Positions 25,668-39,431 of a DNA stretch of 64,000 nt are shown here, piece by piece. The stretch lies in the NCBI RefSeq assembly GCF_963921235.1, contig NC_086097.1, forward strand, positions 78,556,001-78,620,000, written 5' to 3'. This stretch comes from Mobula hypostoma (taxonomy: Eukaryota). A program made the position numbers and the translations under genes. Within the stretch, counting starts at the first letter, position 1. Each line of letters opens with the position of its first letter. The notes beneath the pieces were generated by a model, which was given only the letters and a program-made list of their open reading frames with translations, made no database searches and was not told the origin of the DNA.

Positions 25668-25960
25668 TGGCACCACAGTAGCTTAGCAGTTCGCACGAAA
25701 CTATTACAGCTCAGAGTGTCAGAGTTCGGAGTTCAATCCCAGCAAGGGGTGTGTACCTCCTCCCCATGAAATGCCTGGGCGTTCCCCAGGTCCTCCATTT
25801 TCTTCCCACAGTCCAAAGACAGACCAGGCTAGGTTAATTGGTCATTGTAAATTGTCCTGTGATTAAGTTAGGGTTAATCGGGTTGTCAGGGGTTGCTGGG
25901 GCAGGTCTGCTCGAAGGGCTGGGAAGACCTACTCAGCACTGTATCACTAAATGAATAAAA
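25668..25960 (+). mobile_element. tRNA-derived SINE (V-SINE-like)
   Basis: ggcaccacagtagcttagcag (A box), ggagttcaatccc (B box), cttcccacagtccaaagac core, LINE-like 3' end. Confidence 0.7.
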
Positions 25961-26559
25961 TCATTGCTTTCTTTCATTGTGCTACATATATTACCAGTTG
26001 CTGACCATTTTCCTTTCATATAATACAATATAGGTTTAACTAAAAAGACATGGAAACATTTTAACTACTTCACACATTTTTATTAGTACCAGCATTATAT
26101 CAAACAAATCACGCTCAGAGTACTTTCTATAGTAGATCAAAGTACTTTCTATAGTAGATTCACCAAATATTTTATTAGATTATAGAAAAATGTTTGAGTC
26201 TAGCTCGGCAAAGAAAATACGATCACTTCTATTAGAAGTATGCTTCTAAGTTTACTTCAAAAAACACTTCTCATCTTTCACTATTGCAAAAACAACACAG
26301 TAAAATAACAGAAGTTTACCTCATATCAGGCAAATGTACCTAATATTTTGAATGACAGACTTGAGCAAATTAGCTGGTATTTCAGCGAACCTACTGGTGT
26401 TAATTACATTCTCTTTGGTTATCCTATTATTCATTATTAGTAATGAGATAGATTTTTTCCCTGCCTTCCAGATGTAACATAGCACTTCCGAATGGATCAC
26501 CCATTACAGAAACAAGGCAATTCTAACTTCCTAGTTGAAAATCTATTCCAAGGTGTCCA

Positions 26560-27857
26560 ATGGACTGATTAGGGATAGTCAGCTTGGTTTTGTATGTGGT
26601 AGGTCATGTCTAACCAATTTTATAGAGTTTTTTGAGGAAATTAACAGGAAAGTGGATGAAGACAAGGCAGTGGATGTTGTCTACGTGGACTTTAGTAAGG
26701 CCTTTGACAAAGTCCTGCATGGGAGGCTGGTCAGGAATATTCAGTCGCTCGGCATTCATGATGAGGTAGTATATTGGATTAGACATTGGCTTTGTGGGAG
26801 AAGCTAGAGAGTGGTAGTAGAGGGTTGTTCCTTTGACTGTGACTAGTGGTGTGCCACAGAGATCAGTGCTGGGTCCTTTGTCCTTTGTCATCTATATCAA
26901 TGATCTGGATGATAATGTGGTAAACTGGATCAGCAAATTTGCGGATGACACCAAGATTGGGCGAGTAGTGGACAGTGAGGAAGGCTATCATTGCAGAGAG
27001 ATCTGTATCAGCTGGAAAAAATGGGCTGAAAAATGGCAGGTGGAACTTAATGCAGACAAGCGTAAGATTTTGCATTTTGGTAGGACCTTCCAGAGTAGGT
27101 CTTACACAGTGAACAGTAGGGCTCTGAGGAGTGTGATTGAACAAAGGGATCTGGGAATACAGGCCCATAATTCATTGAAAGTGGTGTCACAAGCAGATAG
27201 GCTCATAACGAAAGCTTTTGGCACAATGGCCTTCATAAATCAATGGATTGAGTATAGGAGATGGGGATGTTAGTTGAAGCTGTATAAGACACTGATGGGG
27301 CCAAATTTGGAGTATTGTGTGCAGTTTAGGTCACCTAGGTAGGGGAAAGATGTAAACAAGGGTGAGAGAGTACACCTTGTTTCACAGGGATTTACAGGGA
27401 TGTTGCCGGATCTGGAGGACCCAAGTTCTAAGAAAAGATTGAATGGGTTAAGTCTGTATTCTTTAGAACATAGAAGATTGAGAGGAGATTTGATAGAGGT
27501 ACTCAAAATTATGAGGGGTATAGACAGGGAAAATGCAAGCAGGCTTTTCCCACTGAGGTTGGGTGAGACTACAATAAGAGGTCATCAGTTAGGGGTGAAA
27601 GGTGAGAAGTTTAAAGGGAACATGAGGGGAAACTTCTTCACTCAGAGGGTCACGAGAGTATGGAATGAGTTGCCAGCGCAAGTGGTGCATGTAATCTCAA
27701 TTTAAACGTTTAAGAGAAGCTTGGATACATACATGGATGGTAGGGGTTTGGAGAGTTATGTCCGGGTGCAAGTCAATGGGAGTAGGGAGTTTAAATGATT
27801 CCAGCGTGGACTAGATGGGCCAAAGAGCCTGTTTCTGCACTGTACTTCTCTATGACT
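26560..27857 (+). mobile_element. CR1 LINE RT and 3' end, frameshifted
   Basis: DFSKAFDKV, GVPQRSVLGP, KFADDTK, FFTQRVTRVWNELP; same family as 14150-15878. Confidence 0.9.
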
Positions 27858-28415
27858 AATAGCCGAGGGTAAGAATGACCTCATATAGCACTCTTTGGAG
27901 CAGCGCAATTGTCTTAGTCTATGACTAAAAGTGCTCCTCTGCTCAGCCAAGGTGGCATGCAGAGGGTGAGAACATTGTCCAGAATTGCGAGGATTTTCCG
28001 GAGGGTACTTTGTTCTACCACAGTCTCCAGTGTGTCCAGTTTGACTCCCGCAACAAAGCCAGCCTTTCTAATCAGTTTATTGAGCCTGTTGACATTACCC
28101 GTGTTGATGCCATTGCCCCAACACAGCACCCCATAGAAGATTGTATTGATAACAACAGACTACTAGAACATGTAAAGGAGAGGCCTGAATATTCCAAAGG
28201 ACCTCAGTATCCTCAGGAAGTAGAGGCAACTCTGACCCTTCTTGTACACAACCTCTGTTTTGGTGCTTCACTCAAGGCTGTCATCCAGGTGCACCCCTAG
28301 GTAATTGTAGGTCCTCACCACATCCACGTCACCATCAATAGTAACAGCAAGCAGTGCAGGCTTAGTCTACCTGAAGTCCATCACCATCTCCTTTGTCTTA
28401 CTGATGTTGAGCTCA
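27858..28415 (-). mobile_element. Rex1-like LINE 3' fragment
   Basis: NRLNKLIRKAG...LDTLETVVEQ; same family as 47620-48422. Confidence 0.75.
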
Positions 28416-28419
28416 ACCA

Positions 28420-30375
28420 ATGCAGTACCTCAAGAATGGTCATCTCACGGCCCAGCCAGAAGTTCTGGCTGAACACAGAGGTGCGCTCCCTTCTAAATAT
28501 CTAGGACATTGCCCTCAAGTCTGTGATAGAACAGATCTCAGAGCATCTAGGAAAAATCTTATCTTAGGCATCAAGAGGGCAAGAGAACTTATGCAAAAAC
28601 ACCTATCTGATAATAATCCCCAGTGTATGTGGCTGGTTATCAAGGTCATTACTGAGTACACAAGGAAAAACAGCATCAGCTGTGTCAATTACTCCTCCCT
28701 CCTCCCAGATGCTCTGAATAACTTTTATGCACACCTTGAGAAATGCAATACAACACTGGCCAGAAAAGCTACCAGTTGAGCAGCCACTATCTGTAATCAG
28801 TAAACGTGAGAAGGACTTTGCAGAGAATCAACCCACCACCCCGCACCACCCACGCCCCCCCCGCCCCCCCGTAATGCAACCAGACCAGACAACATCCCTG
28901 GCCAAGTACTCCACAAATCCAGGCTACTGTCCCCACATGCTTCAAATCAGCCATCATCATCCCTGTACCAAAGAATTCTACATCCTCAGAACTAAACAAC
29001 TACTATCCAGTGGCACTGATGCTAATCAGCATGGGGTGCTTTAAACAGCCAGTAATGGTACATATCAAAAATTTCATCCCTACTATATTGGACACTTACT
29101 TATGCTTACCAACAGAACCACTCTATGACAGATGCCACAGCATCTATCATGCACTTGGCTCTGACACACCTAGAAAATAAGGACACTTGTGTCAGAATGC
29201 TGTTTCTGCGTTTTAGATCAGCATTCCACACTACTGTCCCACAGACCAGGGTGAACTACTCCTCACTCTAAATATACCACTGTGCAGCTGGGTGTTGGAC
29301 TTCCTAACCAACAGACCTCATGGTCAAGATGCATGACCACTCCCCCCACCCCATCATCCTCAACACGCATCTACCCCAGGCTTGTGTGCTGAGCCCATTG
29401 CTGTACATTCTGCTCACATATGACTACACTGCCAAACACTCAAGTAATCACATTGTCAAATTCACTGATGACATGAAGGTGGTGGGGCTCATCACCAACA
29501 ATGGTGAGACAGCCTACAGAGAGGAGTTGGAAGAGCTCAAGGCCTGCTGCCAGGCAAATAACTTCTTCCTCAATGTCAACAAGACAAAGGGCATTGTTAT
29601 TGACTTCAGCAGAACTCGCAACACTCATACCCCTTTTTACATCAGCAGTGGATACTGTGCACAGTTTCAAAGTCCTGGGAATGCACATCTCACACAACCT
29701 CTTATGGTCCCAGAATACATTCTACACAATTATGAAAGCTCACCAACACCTCTTCTTTCTGAGGAGGCTGAAGAGAGCTGGACTGTACACATCTATACTC
29801 ATGTCATTCTATAGATACGCAGTAGAGAGCATCCTAACATGCTACATCACTGCTTGGTATGGAAACTGCTCTTTACCAGATAGGAAGGCTCTACAATGGG
29901 AAGTTAACACTCCCCAATGTATCATTGGCACCAGCCTTTCCCATCAAGGTCATATATACAGGCTGGTGCCGGAAAAGGGCCATTAACATCATGAAAAGTC
30001 CCATCCACCTCGTTCATGGGCTTTGTCCCAGGCCCATCAGGGAGGAGGCTACGTATCACCTACACCAGGATCACTAGGATCAAAAACAGTTACTTTCCCC
30101 AAGCAGTAATGCTGATCAACACCCCTCCACACCCCGAACCACCACTGCTTTAACATTTCCTGTTAGTCATCTTATGTATAGATACTCTGATGCCTAGCAT
30201 CACTTTAAGAACCTACGATCAACCTACATATAGAAGTCATCTTATGTATTTGTATTTATATTTATTATGTTTTTAAATACTGTATTCTTTAACTTTTGGC
30301 TGCCCTGGATCCGAAGTAACTTCTTTATACTTCTGCACTGTAAATGACATTAAACAATCTTGAACCTTGAACCTT
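28420..30375 (+). mobile_element. Decayed Rex1/Babar-like LINE ORF2 and 3' UTR
   Basis: LPDALNNFYAH, PQACVLSPLLY, KFTDD, FFLRRLK; tail cttgaaccttgaacctt. Confidence 0.8.
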
Positions 30376-31056
30376 AAGTAAGGTCATGGCTGAAATGTAT
30401 CTTAACTCCGCTCACCTGCCCTATATGATTGTTTACCTTACTGAGCAGAATTCCAATAATTTCTTATTTAAAATTATTAATTGAGCTAACATTTATTTGT
30501 TTTCATGGAAAGGAAGCTTGACACTCTTCATCACATTTCCATTTTCTCTCCTGAATAACATAATTCTGAGTTTAACATTGTGTCCTCTACTTTAAGTCAC
30601 TATTGATAGAAAACATTTTTCTTATCCAACGGTAAAATTCTCTTCAAAAATCTTAAACTCTTCAATCCAATCACTCATACTCCTTTATTCCAAAGAAAAC
30701 AAACCTAGTTTATTTAGTCTTCACTCAAAATCTTTTCTTTGGGGTCTTGGTAATCTTCTGGTAAATCTTTAGCACACTTCTGCTGAGGCCAATATCTGAC
30801 GTAAACCACATTAACTTGCTTTGTAAGGCAAGTGGTAAGTGCCAAGCTTTTGCTGGAAGAAACTCATTTATTTTCAATTCTGCAATCTACAATCATTTTA
30901 AATTAAAGACTTTCCAAAATGCTTTCAACCACAAAGAATAAGTCCACAGGATCTATTGCCAGGGCTTTAAACCTTCTGAATTTTAAACCATCAAAGTCTA
31001 TTCAAATTTCAAGGTTGTTTATGCAGTTAATGTACATCTGAGTTATTCCATGATAT

Positions 31057-31912
31057 TGTTACGAGAATACACATAAAATTAAGATGTTTGCTGGCCTGGG
31101 CTAGCATCAGTGGCATCAGCAGTTGGTCTGCCACCTGCCCTCAGGGGAAGGAGAGATAAGGAACAATGGAGCAGCGTCTGGAGATGTGTAATGAAGGGAT
31201 GTGGGAGGAAGAGCTGTCTGGAGCGGCTCCCCCCTTTGAACCCTGAACTGTTTGAAGTGATGGACAGGCGATACCCCAGCAGGGGGATAAAAAGGGACAG
31301 GTTCGCTAAGACAGACACACGCCACCCGAGGTAACGAGACCCTGGAAGCGGTGCGCCTCTCACGAGTGGTGAGAAGTACCGGACAACGCACAGGGTGGAA
31401 AGGTACGATCAGCGGGAACCCGGTGTGTGTCCGCCCTTGCCTGGGTGCCGGGTTCACTGCAGAGGATCGACCGCATCTGGAGGAGGGGTCACAGTCGGTG
31501 ACCTCAGGTGACATCACCAAGGACCTGCCCAAAAGCTGTTTGTGAGCCATCTCGCTGGTCTGTGAGTGAAGCAGTGTTCTGAATGATCAGTTGTTCCTAT
31601 TCTGTCTCTCTTCCCCCACCTTGTCCATCGCCATGGCAACGATTACTGCGAACTGAACTACAAACTGGACTGAACTTTGAGTCATTTTGAAATTGGTCAT
31701 TTACCCCTAGACAACGATAGAGCTTGATTGATGCTGTTATCTTAATTCTGTGCACATGTGTGGTTATCATTGTTGAATTGTTGCATTTATTATCCTTTCG
31801 ATTACTGTGTTGCTTGTTTCTTTAATAAAACTTTCTTAGTTCTAGTACTCCAGACTCCAACTGAGTGATCCATTTCTGCTGGTTTGGCAACCCAGTTACG
31901 GGGTACGTAACA
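31057..31912 (+). mobile_element. Solo LTR (856 bp), Gypsy/ERV-type
   Basis: Perfect 7-bp terminal inverted repeat TGTTACG...CGTAACA; 4-bp TSD ATAT (31053-31056, 31913-31916); GATAAAA TATA-like box near 31286; AATAAA at 31824; CpG-rich. Confidence 0.88.
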
Positions 31913-33679
31913 ATATCATTACAAAGATATTTTTAAAAAAGATCATTTCCTTTACAAAACCCATCTTTGTAGATCATCTAATCTCTGATTGTTTTTCAAT
32001 GTCACTAATGAGGCAGCTCTGTTGAATGCAGAGGTGACCATGACCTCACATCAATGTTAAAAACTATACTGGAACTGTTCTATTTGAAAAATAACCCCAC
32101 CATCTTGCCCCTTAGAGTTTCATTTGTACTAATTATTGTCATGTGTATACTAAGAAATGATCCTCTCTAGATTCTTCATTGAGGATTAAAATGGCAAGCA
32201 ATTATAAATAAGGGGTTAAGACTGCTCTGAAAGAAGAATTAAGGATAATGATCAAGAATTTGTCAGTATGTAGGAAAATTGCAAACTGCTTTGTAAGGTT
32301 CCAAGTAGAAGCAAATTACTTAACAATATGGTACAGAATATGAATTGCCTTAGGTACTAGTATTCTCAACAATTACAACACATTGTTTAGGATAGAATTA
32401 TGACATAATTTCCTTTATAGATGAACTTTCTCAAGTAGAAGCTGGTGAATTCCACTACCTGTTTATCTTTCAGGGCTCTGCATAAATGATAGATTCAACC
32501 ATCTATTTACTTAAGGACACAACATTCTGTCTGCTTCATTTCAAAGAAGTAAATTTATCAATTGCTGTATAGATCTCAAAGATTGCAATAAACGGGATAT
32601 AAACTTCAATAGTAAACATGTTGCGACATCCAGTCTGAATTTTATTGACACAATAGCTCAACTTAGCTATACTGCATCTGGCTGTTTAGAGCAGGAGGGA
32701 GATACAGTTACACAGCTCCTACCAGTGTGCTGTGCTTCAAAAATGTAAACTTCAGAAAGGCAAAAAGGGCCAACATTCCGCTGCGGCGCCACTTTCCAGC
32801 AGTTTTGCCATGAACAATTCTGAATCAGAAGCTGCATTAAAGCTATTAAGAATTCAGTATTAAACTCTATCATATGCATGAGCAAATGATAGCTTTTGTT
32901 GAAAAATAAAATGCTTGAATATTGCAAAAATACATTTCCTATAATTAACACATTAAAACAAGTCCCAAGAAGCTACTACTTTAGTTCTCTGAAAATATCT
33001 TGGGAGAAAAAAAAAATCACAGTTCTATAATTATGCCAACATTCCAGAGGGAAGAGATTTTTTGCAGTATGGGACACAGCTCAACTTAAACTTTTTCTAA
33101 AGGCCTAACAATTTCATAGCTGTAAGAAAGATTTCAGTGCCAAGTTAATATAAAGAAGGCCCAACTCATAACTAGATGTGTAAATTAAAAGTGAATAGTT
33201 AGTCACAGAATAAATAATTTTACTTCAATGAATAGTTGACCCTTTCCGAGCAAGAAAAACAATTGTCTAATAAGGAAAGATTAAATAGAATTCAAATTTT
33301 TAAGACATTTCAAATTATGGCAAACACACTTTGTAGTCACTATTGCAACATTTATGTTGCACTCAAAATGTTTAAAAGCAGTTAAGTGATCGATAAGGTA
33401 TATCTTCCAAGTTGAAATAATACATCCCATTTGAAAGCAGCTTTCATGAAATGAGACATACCACAGTATTTCCAAACAAAACAGTCACATCCATATTCAA
33501 ATTAAATGCTGTATTTCATGCATTACAATAGAAATTATTTTTCAGCAGTGTTCCATTGGTCATTGTCTTCAATAGCACTAGTAAAGGCTTTGGATCTATT
33601 AAGAAGAAACATCCCCAGATCTGGCACAAAATACAAGGTTTTCTGGGCACCAGTGAGCCTTGACTTCCTAAATCTTACA

Positions 33680-35010
33680 TAAGATAAGCAATCAGAGTAT
33701 GCCATCTGGCTCAGTGAGCCTACTCCACCATTCAATGAGATCATGGCTGATCTGGATGTGAACTTAACTCCAGCTACCTACTTTTCTCCATAACATTTAA
33801 TTTCCATACTATACAAGAATATATCTAGCTGTGTCTTAAATATATTTAATGAAGCAGATTCTCTACTACTTCCCTGGGTAGAGAATTCCAGATTCTGGGA
33901 AAACCCATTTCTCTTCATCTCCGTTCAAAACCTATTCATCCGAATCTTGAGGCTATCAGTGGAAACAATGTTCCTGCCTCTATCCTATCTATCCCTTTCA
34001 TAATTTTCTCTGTTTCTGTAAGATCCCTCTCATTCTTCTGAATTCCAGTGAGTACAGTCCCAGGAGACTCAATCTCTCATCATAGGTGAGCCCCATTATC
34101 TCCAAAATCAACCTGGTGAACCTCCACTACACCATCTCCAAAATCTCTTTTGGTCTTAAATTCAGTCCTTCTAGCAATGAAAGACCAACATTCCATTTGC
34201 TTTCTTGATAAGTTGTTACACCTGCAAACTAACCTTCTGTGATTTGTGCTTAAACACTTCCAAGTCCATCTGTAGAATTGCATTTGCAATCTTTCACTAT
34301 TTAAATACAGTCGACTTTCACTGATCCGACTACCTGTAATTCGGTTCCTTCGATAATCCAGCACTGATGATGCTTAATGTGATCCTTCTGTAACTCGGCA
34401 TTTTCACTAATCTGGCACTCCTCAGGTCCCAATGGTGCCGGATTAGTGAAGGTTAGCTATTGCTCAAAGTGATCCTTCTGTAATTCGGCATTTTCACTAA
34501 TCCGGCACTCCTCAGGTCCCAGTAGTGCCAGATTAGTGAAGGTTGACCTGTAATAACCTGATCTATTTTTCGTTCCAAAGTGGATGATTTCACATTTACC
34601 AACATTATACTCCATCTGCCAGACCCTTACCCACTGACTTAACCTATCTAAATCTTTCTACAGCTTCTGCACTATTTGCTTTTCCACTGAATTTAATGTC
34701 ATCTGCAAATTTAGATATGATCCACTCTGTTGTAACTTCCACAATTGCTTTTTAGTCTGGGATGCATTCTATTAGGGCCAGGGAACTTGTGTGCCTTTAA
34801 GCCCACTAGTTTGCTCAGCACTACCTCTTTAGTGATACCAACTGCATCAGGGTCTTCAACTCCCATCACAAGCATAACATCTTTCTTTACTGTATTAGCG
34901 TATCTTCTACTATGAAGACCAACACAAAATAGTTGTTCAAAGCCTTGTATATTTCTGTATTACTGAATAGTAAGACCTCTTTCTCATCTTCCAAGGGACC
35001 CATGCTCCAG
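33680..35010 (-). mobile_element. Decayed CR1 LINE, with a nested MITE
   Basis: 3' UTR near 33680-33800; tcatctgcaaattt (KFADD) near 34700; resembles other CR1 copies. Confidence 0.7.
34308..34550. mobile_element. Tc1/pogo (Tigger-like) MITE with an internal 90-bp tandem duplication
   Basis: TA flanks at 34306-34307 and 34551-34552; imperfect TIR CAGTCGACTTTCACTGATC versus CAGGTCAACCTTCACTAATC; units 34371-34460 and 34461-34550. Confidence 0.7.
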
Positions 35011-35339
35011 ACTCCTAAAGCAGACGCACTATTTCAAGCTCTATCAGGGGAGCAAATTGTCAGAAAGGCAGAGAAGGAAGTTGAAAGATGTGCTCAAATT
35101 TTTTTGAAGGGGTACACAACCCGACTGGTTCATAGCAACTTCTGAGCCATGAGTGATCAAATCGAAGGAGGTACATTCAAGATGGTATTGAAAACAAAGT
35201 GCAGGCATCAGGAGCACAGAGAAACCCTACATAAACTGCAGAAGAAATACATCTCTACACAGACAACCCATCCATTGTCTAACTAGCCATTTCCCACCCC
35301 ATCTGTGGAAGAGTTAGTGATGCCTACATTGTTCCCAGT

Positions 35340-36665
35340 TGTAAACTCAACAAGGTCCCACATAGTAAACTAATCCAGAAGGTTACAGCCCAAGGGATGA
35401 GAGGTATGCTAGCAAACTGGATCCAAAACTGGCTTGATAATGAATTAGAGGCAGATGTAGTAGTGAAAGTATGCTTTCATAACTGATAGTCTGTAACAAG
35501 TGGTGTACAGCAGATTGCTGGGGCCTTTGTTTGCAACATATTTAGTTTATTTAGAGATACATCGTGGAACAGGCCCTTCTGACTAACAACCCACCTATTT
35601 ACCCACAGCCTAATCACAGGACAATTTACAAAGACCAATTAACCTACTAACCAATACGTCTTTGGACTGTGGGAGAAAATCAGAGCATCTGAAGGAAACC
35701 CACATGCTCACAGGAAGAATGTACAAACTTCTTACAGAACAAGCCAGAATTGAAACCCAGTGTCTCGAGCTGCAATAACATTGCGCTGACCACTGTCCTA
35801 TCGTGGTGCCCTAGAGCTGCTTTGGATAAGAACATTGGTAGTATAATTACTAAGTTAGTAAACAACATAAGAATTGGTAGTCATAGATAGCAAAGAAAGA
35901 TATTAAAGATACAGTGGGACATAGATCAGATGGAATTTAATCCAGACAAGTGTGAGGTACTGCACTGTGGGAATTCTGATTCTGGGAGGACATATAGAGT
36001 AAATGGCAACAATCTAAGGAGCATTCTTATAGAAAGAGATCTTGGGGTGCAAGCCCATAGCTTCCTGAAAGTGAAGACACAGGTTCATAGGCTAGTTAAA
36101 AAGGCATTTTGTATGCCTGCCTTTATAGGAATGGCATTGAATAAAAGAGTTGGGACGTCATGTTGCAGTTGTACTAAACATTAGGTAGACGGACTTAAAG
36201 GACTGTGTATAATTCTGGTTGCCACACCACAGGAAGAACATGGCAGCAAAAGGGAGAGGACAGATGAGGTTCATTGGGTTGCTGCTGAGAATAGAAAACT
36301 GTAGTTAATAAGATGGGTCAGTTCTCACTGGAACATAGGAGGCAGGGGTGACCCTACAGAGGTTGATAAAATCTGAGTGCCATACCCAGACTGTCAGAAT
36401 CTTTATCTCATGTTAGATTAGAGCTATATAGCACAGGTTGAAGGTGACAAGATAGAAATTTTAAAAAGATCTGAGAGGTAAGTATTTCCATGCAGAGGGC
36501 GAACTGCTGGAGAAGGTAACAAAGGCAAATGCAGATACAATGTTTGAAGATATTTGGACAAATATTTGCTTAGAAAATGTGCTAAAGGCAGGCTTAATGA
36601 AGGCAAATGGGATTGGTAAATATTGGCATGGTGAGATGGGCTGAAAGAGTCTGTTTCTATTCTCT
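35340..36665 (+). mobile_element. Old CR1 RT/3' fragment interrupted by a SINE
   Basis: MEFNPDKCEVLH...ERDLGVQ. Confidence 0.7.
35545..35812 (-). mobile_element. tRNA-derived SINE (V-SINE-like)
   Basis: Reverse complement gggcaccacgatagg...gggtttcaattc...ttctcccacagtccaaagac. Confidence 0.7.
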
Positions 36666-38479
36666 AAATGAGCTCATTTGATAGGTAAGCAAAATATATT
36701 AAAACTACTAAAATAATAGGATTTTCCCCTAACTTCATTCTAATTTGATTTATAAAAGATTTATTTTTATTTTAGCAATCCAACAAGCTTTACTAATATT
36801 CACAAACACTTTACTAATATCTTACAGCAATTCCAATATTATTGGGTAATGACTGCAGATAAAACTGCAGTATTGACGTTTGCTGCTGTTATTTATAGGA
36901 AGCATGACAATTCAACCAAAATAACAATACATTTTGCCAAAGAAACCAGTAGATTAAAAAAAAGTTAATAGGCTCCATATGAGCTTTATGACATGATATT
37001 CTGTTTATTAAAAGCAGTATACTTTTTCCAAGTTCATCATAGAAATACAGATAGCAAGAAACATCAATTTTTTTTTAAGTAGAAGATAGGTGAATACCTT
37101 CCAAATATTCATGCAGTTCATCAATTTTTCACAAGCAAGGAAGGTAATCAATATTGCTAATCTGTTCTTACACATAATTAATTAATAAGCAAAAAAAACA
37201 AAATACATTTTACTTCCTCATCTTGAATTCATATGCAAAGTTCAAATTATTCATACAAATTTATACGCAATCTAAAATATATAACACAAAACAATTCTTA
37301 AAAATGACTGTGACAGATCATCAGTATTCATTTCAATTTTGCTGGAATTTGGAAATCAATGTGCAACTTAATTAGGCAATTTCAGGAGTTTACTAAATTC
37401 CACATTATTCTATTCCATCAATTCCATCAATCTCTGGAATCATGGAGCAATAACTACAGAAAGTCATTGTTTTACAACTTATAACACACAGAAGATGCAT
37501 ACATCCTATTAAAATGCATGGATTAGTACAAAGTTTGTAAATGCAGCAGCAAAGCAAAACTATAAAAGCAATAACCAGCACTTGTTATAGTTCATGAAAT
37601 TTACTCAAATAATTACAGTATTGAAAAGTTAGAGTTAGTGACTTGCAATTAAAACCCGTTCTCGGAGTTGAGCAAATACTCTAAATTTATTTTTCTCCAT
37701 CCTACTGAAGGAAAGTTATACAATCAGAAATATTAAATGATGTATTAACCAAAGTAACTGGTTTATTTGCTTTACTTTAATTAAAATGAATGTTTTAATT
37801 GACTTGCGTCATTTTTTTCAATAAACTTACTTTACTTTCTATTCTATAAATTACAGAATAGCTCCTATAGGTTTGATGATAATCTCACCATTCAAAAAGG
37901 GACAGCAAAAGAAAAACATGGGAAACTACATACTGCGTTATCAGTCATGGAGAAAATGTAAGAGGATTTGATAAATGATGAAATAAAAGGAAATTTAGAA
38001 GGAATCAACAATGTTAGACTATCAACATTGATTTTTGGAAAGAAACTTCTGTATGACAAATCTAATGAGGATCTTTTTGAGGATGTAACTGGTAGAATAG
38101 AGTAGTGAAAACCAATGGATGTGGTGCAACTGGATGTGGTCCAAGCAAAGGATTAGTGAAAAATTAAACCAAATTCTTTCGAGGGCTATGTATTGACATG
38201 TTGTAAATTGATTGTTTGGAAGGAGGAAGGTTCACATTCAGACTTATTTATCACACGTGTACATGGAAACATACACTAACAAGCAACACACCCAAGGATG
38301 TGCTGGGGGAAGCCCACAAGTATCGCCACACATTCCGGCACCAACATAGCGTGCCCACAATGCTTGGCGGAATAACACAGAGCACAACAAACAACAAAAA
38401 AAAAACAAAAGCAAAGCAACCCCCTTTCCTGTCTGCCACCCACCTACACATATGGACAGTTCTCCAACACCAGGACAGG

Positions 38480-39430
38480 ACAGGTACTCAGAGTGATGAA
38501 ATGCTTTGAGAGGATGGCCATGGTTAGGATAAACTCCTGTCTCAGCAAGTACCTGGACCCTCTGCAATTTGCCTATTTCCAGAATAAGTCTGCAGCAGAC
38601 ACAATCTCAATGGCTTTCCACATGGCCTTGGATCACCTGGACAATACAAACACTTATGTCAGGATGCTGTTCATCGACTATAGCTCAGCATTCAACACCA
38701 TCATTCCTACAGTCCTGATTGAAAAGCTACAGAACCTGGGGTCCTGTACCTCCCTCTGCAATGGCCCCACGACTTCCTACCCAGAAGATCACAATCCGTG
38801 TGGATTGGTAATAACATCTCCACCTCACTGACAATCAATACTGGCGCACCTCAGGGATGTGTGCTTAGCCCACTGCTCTACTCTCTCTACACCCATGAAT
38901 GTGCGACTAGGCATAGCTCAAATTCCATCTATAAATTTGATGATGATATAACCATTGTTATCAGAATCTCAGATGGTGATGAGAGGGTGTGCAGGAGTGA
39001 GATATACCAACCAGTTGAGTGGTGTCACAATAACAAACTTGCACTCAACATTAGTAAGAACAAAGAGCTGACTGTGGACTTCAGGAAGGATAAGATGAGG
39101 GAACATAACCAATCCTCACAGATGGATCCGAAGTGGTGTCACTGTCTCTGAGGATCTAACCTGGTCCCAACATATTGATGCAGCTATAAAGGCGGCCAGA
39201 CAGTGACTATATTTCATCAGGACTTCGAGAAAATTTGGTTTGTCACCTAAAGCACTTGAAAACCTCTACAGACATACCGTGGAGAGCATTCTGACTGGCC
39301 GCATCACCTTCTGCTATGGTGGGGGTGGTGGGGGAGGTATTACTGCACAGGATCGCAGTAAGCTGCAGAGAGTTGTAAAATTAGTCAGCTCTGTCATGGG
39401 TACTAGCCTCCATAATATACAAGACATCTT
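38480..39430 (+). mobile_element. Rex1/Babar-like LINE RT fragment
   Basis: [44 protein letters not shown]. Confidence 0.85.
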
Positions 39431-39431
39431 A

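Noticed and set aside
25409..26160. Small tandem duplications (TTGAGCCACTTCTCTC x2; AGTACTTTCTATAGTAGAT x2)
   Set aside because: Two-copy slippage events with no spacer array; not CRISPR-like.
27858..30375. Divergent Rex-like fragments as one twin-primed insertion
   Set aside because: The two pieces cover overlapping ORF2 regions from visibly different families, and no shared TSD was found.
31079..31550. ORFs of 64-144 aa in a GC-rich patch
   Set aside because: They lie inside the solo LTR and have no protein motifs.
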